Program-made: the position numbers and the translations under genes
Notes under the pieces: generated by a model
The model's input: the letters and a program-made list of their open reading frames with translations, nothing else
Told to the model about the DNA's origin: nothing
The model's database searches: none
From: Candidatus Zhuqueibacterota bacterium
GTDB lineage: Bacteria; Zhuqueibacterota; JdFR-76; DREG01
Direction: 5' to 3'
Assembly: GCA_022566355.1 (NCBI GenBank)
Contig: JADFJB010000003.1
Location: 15,377-79,376, forward strand
Length of the DNA stretch: 64,000 nucleotides
In this document: one piece after another, positions 39,225 through 48,974 of the stretch
How positions within the stretch are numbered: the stretch's first letter is position 1
Layout of the letters: every line of letters starts with the position of its first letter

Positions 39225-39464
39225 ATGGCTGAATATGAAATCAAAGAAACCTTGGATTGTAGTGGATTACTATGTTCAGAGCCGGTTATAAAAACAAGCA
39301 AAAAAATTAAAGAGTTAGAAGTAGGTGATGTATTTGAAATGATTTCCACCGACCCGGGTGCAATGCCCGATATGCAAGCATGGGCAAACCAGACCAAACA
39401 TGAACTGCTGGAGTCTAGTGAGGATGGGTCGCTGTACCGTTTTGTAATCAAAAAAACTCATTGA
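39225..39464 (+). CDS. TusA-family sulfur carrier
   Basis: LDCSGLLCSEPVIKT, ISTDPGAMPDMQAWA, YRFVIKK. Confidence 0.9.
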   Translation: MAEYEIKETLDCSGLLCSEPVIKTSKKIKELEVGDVFEMISTDPGAMPDMQAWANQTKHELLESSEDGSLYRFVIKKTH

Positions 39465-39485
39465 ATTTTAAATGGAGGCAAAACC

Positions 39486-40007
39486 ATGTCAAAAGAAAAT
39501 GGCACTCGTCGCCTTGCTTTAATCTCTAGTAAAGGAACTTTAGATTGGGCGTACCCACCATTTATTATGGCGAGCGCTGCCGGAGCGATGGATTGGGAGG
39601 TGGCAATTTTTTATACTTTTTATGGTTTACCGCTTTTAAAGAAAAAATTGGATGCAACAGTTACCCCGATTGGTAATCCTGCCATGCCCATGAAAATGCC
39701 TTTTGGCCCGAAAGGTTTTCAAAACATTGATTGGAATATCCCAAATCTTTTGATGAGCAATATTCCCGGTTTCGACAATGTTGCTACAAGTTTAATGAAA
39801 CAGACCTTTAAGAAAAAAGGTGTTGCCACAATTGAAGAGCTGCGGGAAATGTGTATTGAGATGGACAACGTGCGCTTGATCGGTTGCCAGATGACGATGG
39901 ATGTTTTCGGTTTTAAACGAGAAGATTTTATAGATAAATGTGAAATTGGTGGTGCGGCGACTTTTTTGGAATACGCCGCAGATGCGGATGTAAATCTATT
40001 TATTTAG
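39486..40007 (+). CDS. DsrE/DsrF/DrsH-like (DsrE2-type) sulfurtransferase
   Basis: SKGTLDWAYPPFI, FYTFYGL, IGCQMTMDVFG, GGAATFL. Confidence 0.9.
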   Translation: MSKENGTRRLALISSKGTLDWAYPPFIMASAAGAMDWEVAIFYTFYGLPLLKKKLDATVTPIGNPAMPMKMPFGPKGFQNIDWNIPNLLMSNIPGFDNVATSLMKQTFKKKGVATIEELREMCIEMDNVRLIGCQMTMDVFGFKREDFIDKCEIGGAATFLEYAADADVNLFI

Positions 40008-40080
40008 GTATCACACTTTCTTTGATTAGGATATGATACAAAATAGTAGGGTATACAGATTTTCTTGGAGATGCTCACAG

Positions 40081-40185
40081 AAGGGTCGCTTTTTTCGCGA
40101 AGCTCAAGCAGCCGTATCTCTTAATCACGCTAACATTGCCGCGATTTATGAAGTTGATGAAAATCGATAACCAGGCTTTTATCGC
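40081..40185 (+). pseudogene. Internal fragment of a Ser/Thr kinase gene
   Basis: KGRFFREAQAAVSLNHANIAAIYEVDE matches KRFIHEAKAASALQHNNICTIHEIGE of the 27730 kinase. Confidence 0.75.
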
Positions 40186-40279
40186 AAAGAAGGAGGCAAA
40201 GAAGATATTCTCGGAAGGTTGAGAAACGATTAAGCGTTACATGCGTGTTGTAGAGCAACCTGATTGAAAGACAGAGAAA

Positions 40280-41503
40280 ATGACCAAACAACAAGCACAA
40301 AAGACGGAGTGGACGGTCCGGGAACAGAAGGAACATCTGGATCGCCGTGCGAACTTCTTTATTCTTGATGTGCGCAACCGCGACGAGTTCTCCGTCTGGA
40401 AGATCGAGGGGTGGAAAACACCGCCCACATTGAACGTACCTTACTTCGAGATGTATGAGAAGGGCGGCAAGGACGACTTCATCGAGTCGATAATTGCCTA
40501 TATCGAGATCGAGTTGCTTGGACAGTTACCCAAGGACCGACCGATCTTGGCCGTTTGTTCCAAGGGCAACACCTCGGCATACGTGGCCGAAGGCCTATGT
40601 CAGCTCGGTTACGACGCATTCAACCTACAGGGTGGCATGCAGGCATGGGGCAACTTCTACGAGATCAACCCAGTCACCGAAAGCCGCGAGTTGAGCGTCT
40701 ACCAGATCAGCCGGCCAGCGCGTGGCTGCTTGAGTTACATCATCGTAAGCGATGGCCAAGCGGTGGTCATCGACCCGTTGCGCCATATCGAAACATACCT
40801 CGACATCGCGAGCGCGAAAGGATTCCAAATTGAACACATCATGGAGACCCACGGCCATGCCGATCATATTAGCGGTGGGTCAAAGCTGGCCAAACAGCTC
40901 AACCGACGGTACTACCTCCACCCTTACGACGGCATCCACCTCCTTGATATGCTACCAGCTCGCATTCCTTTCGAGTACCTGCGTGACGGTCAGGCGCTCT
41001 CGGTCGGCAAGGCGAAAATCCAAACCCTACATATCCCAGGTCACACACTTGGTAATGTGGCCTATCTTCTGAATGAAGCGTACTTGTTCACCGGTGACAG
41101 CATCTTTATCAACTCGATCGCCCGTCCGGATCTCGGTGGACGTGGGGAGACCTGGGCGGGGCTGCACTATCACTCCCTAAGAAGACTACTCGATTTTCCC
41201 GACACGACGTTTGTGCTACCGGGTCACTTCAGCACTCCACGCGAAGCCAACGTCGCCGGGCTTTTCATGGCTTCCTTGGGCGAGCTAAAGGAGAAGAACG
41301 AGGGCCTGCACATGGCCCAGAAGAGCGAAGATGCGTTTGTACAGTACATTTTGGGAAGCCTACCGGAGTTCCCGTCGCAGTACGTTGAGATCAAGCGGGT
41401 AAACGCGGGCCTGCTTCTCGTCGACGAAGTTAAGGCGAGTGAGCTTGAGCTAGGAAAAAACGTCTGCGCGTTGGCGCAAGCCTACGAAACAGAGTCGACT
41501 TGA
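40280..41503 (+). CDS. Rhodanese + metallo-beta-lactamase (persulfide dioxygenase-like) fusion
   Basis: ILDVRN, AVCSKGNTS, LQGGMQAW; GCLSY, ETHGHADH, PGHT, FTGD, RPDL, LPGH. Visibly higher GC than its neighbours. Confidence 0.88.
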   Translation: MTKQQAQKTEWTVREQKEHLDRRANFFILDVRNRDEFSVWKIEGWKTPPTLNVPYFEMYEKGGKDDFIESIIAYIEIELLGQLPKDRPILAVCSKGNTSAYVAEGLCQLGYDAFNLQGGMQAWGNFYEINPVTESRELSVYQISRPARGCLSYIIVSDGQAVVIDPLRHIETYLDIASAKGFQIEHIMETHGHADHISGGSKLAKQLNRRYYLHPYDGIHLLDMLPARIPFEYLRDGQALSVGKAKIQTLHIPGHTLGNVAYLLNEAYLFTGDSIFINSIARPDLGGRGETWAGLHYHSLRRLLDFPDTTFVLPGHFSTPREANVAGLFMASLGELKEKNEGLHMAQKSEDAFVQYILGSLPEFPSQYVEIKRVNAGLLLVDEVKASELELGKNVCALAQAYETEST

Positions 41504-41542
41504 GCACCGCATGAGTTGAGGAATCATAAGAAGGGATTAAGT

Positions 41543-41608
41543 ATGAGAATGACATTCGACAAGGTTCTGGATGCACGCGGGCTCGCCTGCCCCATGATCG
41601 GATATTAA
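41543..41608 (+). pseudogene. Truncated third TusA gene
   Basis: RBS-like AAGGGA then MRMTFDKVLDARGLACPM, followed by a frameshift and stop. Confidence 0.8.
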
Positions 41609-41819
41609 AACCAAGGCATATGCAACAATGGCCGAGGATTCTACTAAACTAATAGTATTTACATATAGTATTTACATAAAAAAATAGATGGTACCAGGCG
41701 TTGGGGGATAAATTCCATACAAGAGTTATTTTCGTGATACAAAGATTAAAAATCGATATTCTTTGATATTTGAGAGGATGCAAAGGCACAATTAGGAAAA
41801 TTACGGGGACAATTATTAA

Positions 41820-41855
41820 ATGATCGGCAAACCATCCTCCACTACAAATTTCTCT
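41820..41855 (+). pseudogene. Kinase N-terminal stub
   Basis: ATGATCGGCAAACCATCCTCCACTACAAATTTCTC reads MIG(K/Q)TILHYKFL if one base is restored. Confidence 0.55.
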
Positions 41856-41949
41856 CCAAACGCGACGACCACAATTGAAACAATTGGGTAGTTTCAAATG
41901 CGACAAAATTATCTATTTACACAAATATACAAACAAAGTCAAAAAATCA

Positions 41950-41978
41950 TTGATTTTTAACTTATCAATTTGTAAAAT
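41950..41978 (+). promoter_or_regulatory. Putative sigma70 promoter upstream of the FeS-NrfD / Mo-enzyme genes
   Basis: TTGATT-N17-TAAAAT. Confidence 0.45.
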
Positions 41979-42043
41979 TCAATATCGTAGAAACGGAAAT
42001 ATCTCCTGACTAAAATCAAAAACTATCTTGTAATAACCATATC

Positions 42044-42070
42044 ATGATCGGCAAGACAATATTTCACTAA
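42044..42070 (+). pseudogene. Kinase N-terminal stub
   Basis: MIGKTIFH* (Tyr codon appears mutated to TAA). Confidence 0.6.
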
Positions 42071-42170
42071 AAAAATTCAAATATCGCGTGCTGGCCAAGG
42101 TATTTCAGATATTTTCAAGATACTTAAGCAGAGCTTGGTCAAAACAATGAAAACTAACCTGGATCGTTAA

Positions 42171-43841
42171 ATGCAATTTGGATTCATTATCGACAACCGT
42201 AGATGTATTGGTTGCCACGCTTGTACTGTAGCATGTAAAGCAGAACATGATACTCCTCTGGGTGTCAATCGAACCTGGGTTAAATATATTGAGAAGGGTG
42301 AATTCCCAAACACACGCCGCTTGTTTTCGGTCATGCGCTGCAACCACTGTGCGGATGCGCCCTGTGTGGAAATTTGTCCTACCGGGTCCTTATTCACTCG
42401 TGAAGACGGCATCGTCGATTTTGATAAACGTCGCTGTATCGGCTGTAAAGCTTGCATGCAAGCCTGTCCCTACGACGCGCTTTACATCGACCCTGAAACG
42501 GATACAGCGGCAAAATGTAACTATTGCGCCCATCGAGTAGATATTGGTTTAGAGCCGGCTTGTGTAAATGTTTGTCCAACTCATGCGATCATTTCCGGTG
42601 ATATGGACGATCCGCAATCGGAAATATCTCAACTATTGGCTCACGAGAAAGTCACGGCAAGGAAAGTCGAAAAAGGAACTCAACCTAAATTGTTCTATAT
42701 CGATGGAGATGAGGCGTCTTTAAATCCAGCTGCAACAGATCAATCGAGTGATTATATGTGGAACTCACAAATCTCCGGAGTCGGCCATTTTGCCAGCTAT
42801 GCTGAAAATCGGATTGCAAGTTCTGATCCACAAGAATTGCTCAATCAATTAACCGGCAGTAACGGTGATGATAAACAATGGCTATCCAGTGAGAAAAACC
42901 CCAAAGAAAAAGTGCTAGTTCCTGAAAGCCAAGGTAGCGAAATTATCCAACAAAAAGCCAAAGATGTTGTCGAAGAAACAACCAAGCGAGTTTATGATAG
43001 TCCGGGTAAAGGAGTCTTGTGGGGTTGGGAAGTGCCGGCTTATATCTGGACCAAAGCGGTTTCAACGGGTGCATTCCTGGTTCCTTTCCTGGCATTCGTG
43101 GGTGGTTTTTCTTCGGTTAGCGACCCAGTTCAATGGCTTGGATTGAGCCTGGGATTGTTATTTCTTGTTTTAACCAATATTCTGCTAATTAAGGACTTGG
43201 ATCAGCCATTTAGATTTGCTTATGTTTTGCTAAGACCCCAGTGGCGATCCTGGCTGGTCCGTGGTGGCTATGCAATCACTTTTTATGGTGGATTGTTGAC
43301 CGCCGGGATTATTACAAAGTTAAGCGGATTAACCAATCTGGAAATTTTGGTAAAATGGCTTTGTGCAATCGTCGCAGTTATAACTTCTGTTTATACCGCA
43401 TTCTTACTTGCCCAGGCTAAAGGCCGCGATTTTTGGCAGAGTCCGATCTTACCGTTTCATATGATCGTTCACACAATGCTAGCTGGTGCTGCTATTTTTG
43501 CTTTTCTGTCACCCATAGCCGGATTTGATCAAAGTTGGCATACTTATTTGGATCATGTTTTTTACACGTTTATTATTCTAAACTTACTGATTATTAGTGT
43601 GGAGTTATTTACACCACACCCGACAGCAGATTCAAAGGTCGTTGTAGATATGATAATACGTGGACGGTTCAAGAGGCTATTCAAAGTGGGTGTTGTCATT
43701 ATGGGCAATATCGTTCCATTATTCTTTGTTTTGTTGGGCAGCCCGGAATTATTGCCGTTTGTGGGTTTGTTGATTTTGATGGGGATCTATTTCACAGAAC
43801 ATATCTGGGTGCTGGCGCCGCAACTGGTTCCATTAAGTTAG
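42171..43841 (+). CDS. Fused 4Fe-4S subunit (NrfC/PsrB-like) + NrfD/PsrC membrane anchor
   Basis: CIGCHACTVAC, CNHCADAPCVEICP, CIGCKACMQACP, KCNYC..ACVNVCP; then WGWEVPAYIW, DLDQPFRF, SWLVRG, YTAFLL and about 8 TM helices. Confidence 0.92.
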   Translation: MQFGFIIDNRRCIGCHACTVACKAEHDTPLGVNRTWVKYIEKGEFPNTRRLFSVMRCNHCADAPCVEICPTGSLFTREDGIVDFDKRRCIGCKACMQACPYDALYIDPETDTAAKCNYCAHRVDIGLEPACVNVCPTHAIISGDMDDPQSEISQLLAHEKVTARKVEKGTQPKLFYIDGDEASLNPAATDQSSDYMWNSQISGVGHFASYAENRIASSDPQELLNQLTGSNGDDKQWLSSEKNPKEKVLVPESQGSEIIQQKAKDVVEETTKRVYDSPGKGVLWGWEVPAYIWTKAVSTGAFLVPFLAFVGGFSSVSDPVQWLGLSLGLLFLVLTNILLIKDLDQPFRFAYVLLRPQWRSWLVRGGYAITFYGGLLTAGIITKLSGLTNLEILVKWLCAIVAVITSVYTAFLLAQAKGRDFWQSPILPFHMIVHTMLAGAAIFAFLSPIAGFDQSWHTYLDHVFYTFIILNLLIISVELFTPHPTADSKVVVDMIIRGRFKRLFKVGVVIMGNIVPLFFVLLGSPELLPFVGLLILMGIYFTEHIWVLAPQLVPLS

Positions 43842-43914
43842 GAAAGCGCCTAAAGCGCCAAAATTGCCAAATGCTTATTATCATATATTTTTTGGTTACC
43901 AATAGGAGAATTTA

Positions 43915-46776
43915 ATGTCCGACCGGAATTCGGGAAATCTAATTGAAAAAATAGCCGAGAAACTGCACCTCATTCCAAATCTACATACAGAAACTGGACC
44001 CGATCTTCAAAGTTTAACCGAAGCTGGCAAGCTAACGGATTTTCCTCCTATCGAAAAGTGGGACGATTGGGTTGAATATGAAGCGAAAAGCTGGCCGCGA
44101 CGCGACCCCAAGCATTATATGATCATACCAACGACATGCTTTAATTGTGAAGCCGGCTGTGGTTTACTAAGCTACGTCGACAAAGAGACTATGACTGTCC
44201 GAAAATTTGAGGGCAATCCTTATCATCCAGCCAGCCGAGGGCGGAATTGTGCTAAGGGGCCGGCAACGATCAATCAAATTAATGATGAGGACAGAATCCT
44301 TTATCCGATGAAACGAAAAGGCAAGCGCGGGGAAGGTGGCTGGGATCGCGTTTCGTGGGATGAAGTTTTGGATGATTTTTCGGGACGAATACGAAAAGCG
44401 CTTCAGGAGAAACGAAATAATGAAGTCGTTTATCACGTTGGTCGACCGGGTCATGAGGGTTATATGGATCGAATACTACAGTCCTGGGGTGTGGATGGCC
44501 ACAACAGCCACACCAATATTTGTTCTGCCGGTGCGCGATTTGGTTATGCGATTTGGCATGGTTTCGACCGGCCTTCTCCGGATCATGCCAATGCAAAATT
44601 AATATTGCTGATCTCTGCTCATCTTGAGTCCGGACATTATTTTAACCCTCATGCACAAAGAATAATAGAAGGATTAATGAACGGTTGCAAATTGGTGGTT
44701 ATGGATCCACGGCTCTCCAATACCGCCAGTATGGCTGATTATTGGCTGCCTACTTATCCAGGCAGTGAAGCGGCCGTGCTTTTGGCCATGGCAAAAGTGA
44801 TTCTCGATGAAAGCCTTTTCGATGAAAAATATTTACATGATTGGGTAAACTGGCAAGAGTTTCTGCAAAAAGAACATCCAACTGTAGAAGTAAACTTTGC
44901 TAATTTTATTCGATTGCTGAAAGAAACCTACCAGGAATACACACCGGAATTCGCCGCTAACGAAAGCGGAATTGATGCCGAGACCATTATTGAGGTCGCA
45001 CGCAAAATAGGTGAAGCCGGAAGTCGATTTTCATCCCATAATTGGCGCAGTGCGGGTAGCGGAAATTTAGGTGGCTGGGCTGTTTCGCGCTGTTTGCATT
45101 TTTTGAATGTGCTCACGGGTAGTGTCGGAACAGTGGGGGGGACGTCGCCAAGCGGTTGGAACAAATTTAAACCAACTGTCTTTGATAAGCCACCCGCACA
45201 AAAATTCTGGAATGAATTGCATTTTCCAAACGAATATCCGCTCGCACATTACGAAATGAGTTTTCTATTGCCGCATTTCTTGAAAGAGGGGAGAAGTAAA
45301 CTGGATGTGTATTTCACCCGGGTTTTTAATCCGGTATGGTCTTTTCCTGATGGTTTTACCTGGATTGAAGTATTACAGGATGAAAGCAAAATTGGCCTGC
45401 ACGCTGCCTTAACACCCACCTGGAATGAAACAGCGTTTTTTGCGGATTATGTTCTGCCGATGGGCCATGCAAGCGAGCGGCATGACTTGATCAGCTACGA
45501 GACCCATTCCGGCATGTGGATTGCTTTTCGTCAACCTGTTTTGCGTGAGGCTGCTCGAAAAATGGGTAATCCTGTCCAATTTACTTATGAGGCTAACCCT
45601 GGAGAAGTGTGGGAGGAGGACGAGTTTTGGGTCGAATTATCCTGGCGGATTGATCCGGATGGGAGCCTGGGGATTAAAAAACATTTTATGTCCCCTTATA
45701 GAAAGGGAGAAAAAATCACCATTGATGAATATTATCAATTCGTTTTTGATAATGTACCTGGGTTGCCGGAAAAAGCGGCTGAAAAAAAGTTGACTCCACT
45801 GGAATATATGCGAATTTACGGCGCTTTTGAGGTGGAGAAAACTTCATATCATAAGCATCTAAAACCGCTAACAAAAGAAGAATTAAAGAAAACTAAGGTG
45901 GATACAAAAACGGGAACGATTAAAACGAAAGAAAAAATTGTCGGTGTTTTTGCGGATGGAAAATCTTATGCCGGATTCCCGACGCCTTCTAAAAAGCAAG
46001 AGTTTTATTCCCAAACGATGGTCGATTGGAATTGGCCAGAATATAAAATTCCAATTTATATAAAAAGTCATGTTCATCCGGATCAAATGGATCGAAGCAA
46101 AGGAGAGTTCCCATTGGTGCCAACTTTTCGGTTACCGACCCTGATTCATTCCCGATCTGGTAATGCCAAATGGCTTATGGAAATTTCGAATCGCAATCCA
46201 ATTTGGATGCATACTTCAGATGGAAAAGACCTGGGAATAAAGACAGGGGATTTGCTGCGGGTAAATACAGACATCGGTTATTTTGTCGATCGGGTTTGGC
46301 TAACAGAAGGGATGAAACCGGGCATCGTGGCGTGTTCTCACCATCTCGGCAGGTGGCGGCGGCCACAAGATGCTAAGGGAAATCGATGGGCAACCAATTT
46401 GGTTTCCATCAAACAAATGAAAAATGGCAAATGGAAAATGAGGCAATTGGATGGCATCCGCCCCTATAAAAGCAACGATCCGGATTCGTCCCGTATCTTT
46501 TGGAGCGATGGCGGTGTACATCAAAATCTCACTTTCCCTGTTCATCCGGATCCAGTCAGCGGTATGCATTGCTGGCATCAAAAGGTGAGAATTGAGAAAG
46601 CGCATCCGGAAGATAAATATGGCGATGTGGTGGTCGATACCAATCGCTCCTTTGAAATTTATAAAGAATGGTTGAAAAAAACTCGTCCGGCGCCAGGTCC
46701 AGGAGGATTGAGAAGGCCGCTTTGGCTGAATAGACCGCTCCGTCCATCGGAAGAGATGTTTTACATCGATTTATAA
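43915..46776 (+). CDS. Molybdopterin oxidoreductase catalytic subunit (DMSO reductase family, Psr/Sre/Soe-like), no Tat signal
   Basis: FS0 motif TTCFNCEAGCG...RNCAKG, DRILYPMKR, HNSHTNICS (candidate Cys Mo ligand), DYVLP, IHSRS; no twin-arginine leader. Confidence 0.9.
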   Translation: MSDRNSGNLIEKIAEKLHLIPNLHTETGPDLQSLTEAGKLTDFPPIEKWDDWVEYEAKSWPRRDPKHYMIIPTTCFNCEAGCGLLSYVDKETMTVRKFEGNPYHPASRGRNCAKGPATINQINDEDRILYPMKRKGKRGEGGWDRVSWDEVLDDFSGRIRKALQEKRNNEVVYHVGRPGHEGYMDRILQSWGVDGHNSHTNICSAGARFGYAIWHGFDRPSPDHANAKLILLISAHLESGHYFNPHAQRIIEGLMNGCKLVVMDPRLSNTASMADYWLPTYPGSEAAVLLAMAKVILDESLFDEKYLHDWVNWQEFLQKEHPTVEVNFANFIRLLKETYQEYTPEFAANESGIDAETIIEVARKIGEAGSRFSSHNWRSAGSGNLGGWAVSRCLHFLNVLTGSVGTVGGTSPSGWNKFKPTVFDKPPAQKFWNELHFPNEYPLAHYEMSFLLPHFLKEGRSKLDVYFTRVFNPVWSFPDGFTWIEVLQDESKIGLHAALTPTWNETAFFADYVLPMGHASERHDLISYETHSGMWIAFRQPVLREAARKMGNPVQFTYEANPGEVWEEDEFWVELSWRIDPDGSLGIKKHFMSPYRKGEKITIDEYYQFVFDNVPGLPEKAAEKKLTPLEYMRIYGAFEVEKTSYHKHLKPLTKEELKKTKVDTKTGTIKTKEKIVGVFADGKSYAGFPTPSKKQEFYSQTMVDWNWPEYKIPIYIKSHVHPDQMDRSKGEFPLVPTFRLPTLIHSRSGNAKWLMEISNRNPIWMHTSDGKDLGIKTGDLLRVNTDIGYFVDRVWLTEGMKPGIVACSHHLGRWRRPQDAKGNRWATNLVSIKQMKNGKWKMRQLDGIRPYKSNDPDSSRIFWSDGGVHQNLTFPVHPDPVSGMHCWHQKVRIEKAHPEDKYGDVVVDTNRSFEIYKEWLKKTRPAPGPGGLRRPLWLNRPLRPSEEMFYIDL

Positions 46777-46797
46777 TATGCTCTAGTTAGCTGGATA

Positions 46798-47121
46798 ATG
46801 AAACGAAAGAAAATACCATACGGAACAAAATTACCTGTCATGCTAACCTTACGTGAACGGGATATCATCCGTGATGAGACATTCTGCGATCAAGACTTTG
46901 CAAAATTGGCTTTAGTAGACGGCAAAAGGATTAAAGTCGAACTGTCATTGGGGACATCGAGGAAATTCAGGGGTACATAGCAGCCGAGGCAAATCATACG
47001 AAAAATAAAAAACTCAAGAAAGAACTTGATCGCCTTTTCGATAAACTTCAGGTCTTTCTGGATACTTACGATGATCAACATGAATTAGACAGCTTACAAA
47101 TTCATCCAGCCGACCGGGAAT
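46798..47121 (+). pseudogene. Frameshifted hypothetical gene, probable integron-type cassette ORF
   Basis: MKRKKIPYGTK...KVELSL continues in another frame as DIEEIQGYIAAEANHTKNKKLKKELDRLFDKLQ; GTTAGCT lies 12 nt before the ATG. Confidence 0.6.
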
Positions 47122-47179
47122 AACGCTTGTTTGATTTTTGTTCCTGGCTCGTGGCCGGCGGCTGGTGATAGCGTTATTA
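47091..47179 (+). mobile_element. Degenerate attC-like site
   Basis: AGCTTAC-AAATTC-ATCCAGCCGACCGG ... CCGGCGGCTGGT-GATAGC-GTTATTA: R''/L''...L'/R' layout with an extrahelical base. Confidence 0.5.
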
Positions 47180-47246
47180 TAAGCGGTTCTTCAATTTTAA
47201 TCATTTTTAGAAGCTTTTTCCCCTTAAAACGTCATTTATTACTTAT

Positions 47247-48974
47247 ATGGAAATCTCCAAAATAACCGATCATATTCGAACTTATAACAAAACACTATTT
47301 CGCCGTGATATTATCGCTGGGCTCACCGTCACCTTTGTGGCAATCCCGCAATCGATGGTCTATGCACTTATTGCTGGTGTTGAACCGCAATATGGTTTGT
47401 ACGCTTTTATGGTGGGTTCAATTGTCGGATCGATTTTTGGTTCATCACGTCATCTGAACACTGGGCCAACGAATGCCACATCAATAGTTATTGCCAGCAC
47501 CCTGGCTTTATATTCTGTTGATGACCAATTTTTGAAGATGGTTTTTCTATTGGGATTCCTTTCTGGATGTTTGCAACTAGGTGCCGGACTTTTAAAGTTG
47601 AGCAACTTAACTCATTTTCTTTCTCGCTCAGTATTAGCTGGTTTTATCGGCGGGGCGGGCCTTTTTATCATTGTCAACCAGATGCCCAATTTAATGGGAT
47701 TTTCAAAAAATACTAATTCCTCTGTATTTGAGGGAGTAAAACACATATTTAACAGTTTGGATCAAATTCAACCAACTGTTTTATTGGTGGGAATTGGATC
47801 TATTTTATTAACACTCCTTATTAATAGGCTAAGCCCAAAAACAACTTCAGGAATTCCCATTTTACCGTCGTACCTGATTTCTATTTTATTGTCAGCGGCA
47901 ATTGTTGTGATATTTGATCTTGGAGATACAGTCAAAGTGGTGGGAGATATCCCCAGGTCTCTGCCACCTTTAAGCATGCCACTATTTGAGTTGGAATCTA
48001 TTCAAACTCTGATGCAAGGCGCAATAGCGATAGCATTTATAGGATTAGCAGAAGCTACGTCTGCAGCCAAAATAGTAGCAGACTTTGCTGGTGATAAGCT
48101 GCAAGTTGACAAAGAATTTAGAGGCCAGGGACTTGCAAAAATTGCAACATCCTTTTTTAGCGGAATACCTGTTTCGGGCTCATTTACCAGGAGTTTACTT
48201 TGCTACAGAGCAGGTGCAGAGACAAAAATGGCGAATATTATGGCCGGTATTTTTGTTGCAATTGCCGTGTTATTTTTTGGTCCGGTTATTAAACACATCC
48301 CATTAGCGGCTTTGGCTGGTATTGTTATGTTGATTGCAAGCAATATGGTTGATTGGAAATACGTTAAAATGGCTCTTCGCTCATCGAATGTGGATTCATT
48401 AGCTATTCTTGCAACTTTTTTTGCTGCCCTGTTTTTTTCATTGGTCACTGCAATTTATATTGGTGTGGGGTTTTCCCTGGTCCTGTTCCTTCGCAGGGTA
48501 AAGAAGCCTAACCTTGTTGAGTTGATATACGATGATAAGTTCGGGTTCAAAGAAAAAACTGAATCTAATCAAAGTTCCATTCCTGAGCTTACCATTATCC
48601 ATGTTGAAGGAGATGTTTTTTTTGCCAGCGTAGATTCTGTGGATGATGATATTCAAAAGATTGCTCAACGAAATGCGGTAAAAGTGATTATACTTAGATT
48701 GAAAAGAGCCTTTAGCCTGGATGCAACTTCTATGATGGTATTTATGAAAATCTATAAGGATTTAGAAAAACAAGGCAAATTGTTGCTCATCTCAGGAGCT
48801 GGCGGGCAAGTTAAAAAGATTATTCACGAATCAGGTTTGGATAAAGTAATTGGCGAAGACCACATTTTTTATTCAGATGAGAACTTATTTAAATCCACAC
48901 GCGCTGCGATTAGTTATGCGCTTCAATTCATCAATGCGAATTATGGTACAAATTATACGATGTCTAATTTGTAA
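47247..48974 (+). CDS. SulP-family sulfate/anion permease with STAS domain
   Basis: DIIAGLTV..IPQSMVYALIAG, FGSSRHL..GPT, SGSFTRS, STAS (GDVFFAS, LDAT). Confidence 0.93.
   Translation: MEISKITDHIRTYNKTLFRRDIIAGLTVTFVAIPQSMVYALIAGVEPQYGLYAFMVGSIVGSIFGSSRHLNTGPTNATSIVIASTLALYSVDDQFLKMVFLLGFLSGCLQLGAGLLKLSNLTHFLSRSVLAGFIGGAGLFIIVNQMPNLMGFSKNTNSSVFEGVKHIFNSLDQIQPTVLLVGIGSILLTLLINRLSPKTTSGIPILPSYLISILLSAAIVVIFDLGDTVKVVGDIPRSLPPLSMPLFELESIQTLMQGAIAIAFIGLAEATSAAKIVADFAGDKLQVDKEFRGQGLAKIATSFFSGIPVSGSFTRSLLCYRAGAETKMANIMAGIFVAIAVLFFGPVIKHIPLAALAGIVMLIASNMVDWKYVKMALRSSNVDSLAILATFFAALFFSLVTAIYIGVGFSLVLFLRRVKKPNLVELIYDDKFGFKEKTESNQSSIPELTIIHVEGDVFFASVDSVDDDIQKIAQRNAVKVIILRLKRAFSLDATSMMVFMKIYKDLEKQGKLLLISGAGGQVKKIIHESGLDKVIGEDHIFYSDENLFKSTRAAISYALQFINANYGTNYTMSNL

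Noticed and set aside
38979..46776. Selenocysteine recoding in TusA, DsrE or the Mo enzyme
   Set aside because: No in-frame TGA at any catalytic Cys position; the frames are open.
43915..46776. Formate dehydrogenase or nitrate reductase call
   Set aside because: I do not see the FDH C/U-H active-site motif or Nar/Nap partner genes, and the context is sulfur relay.
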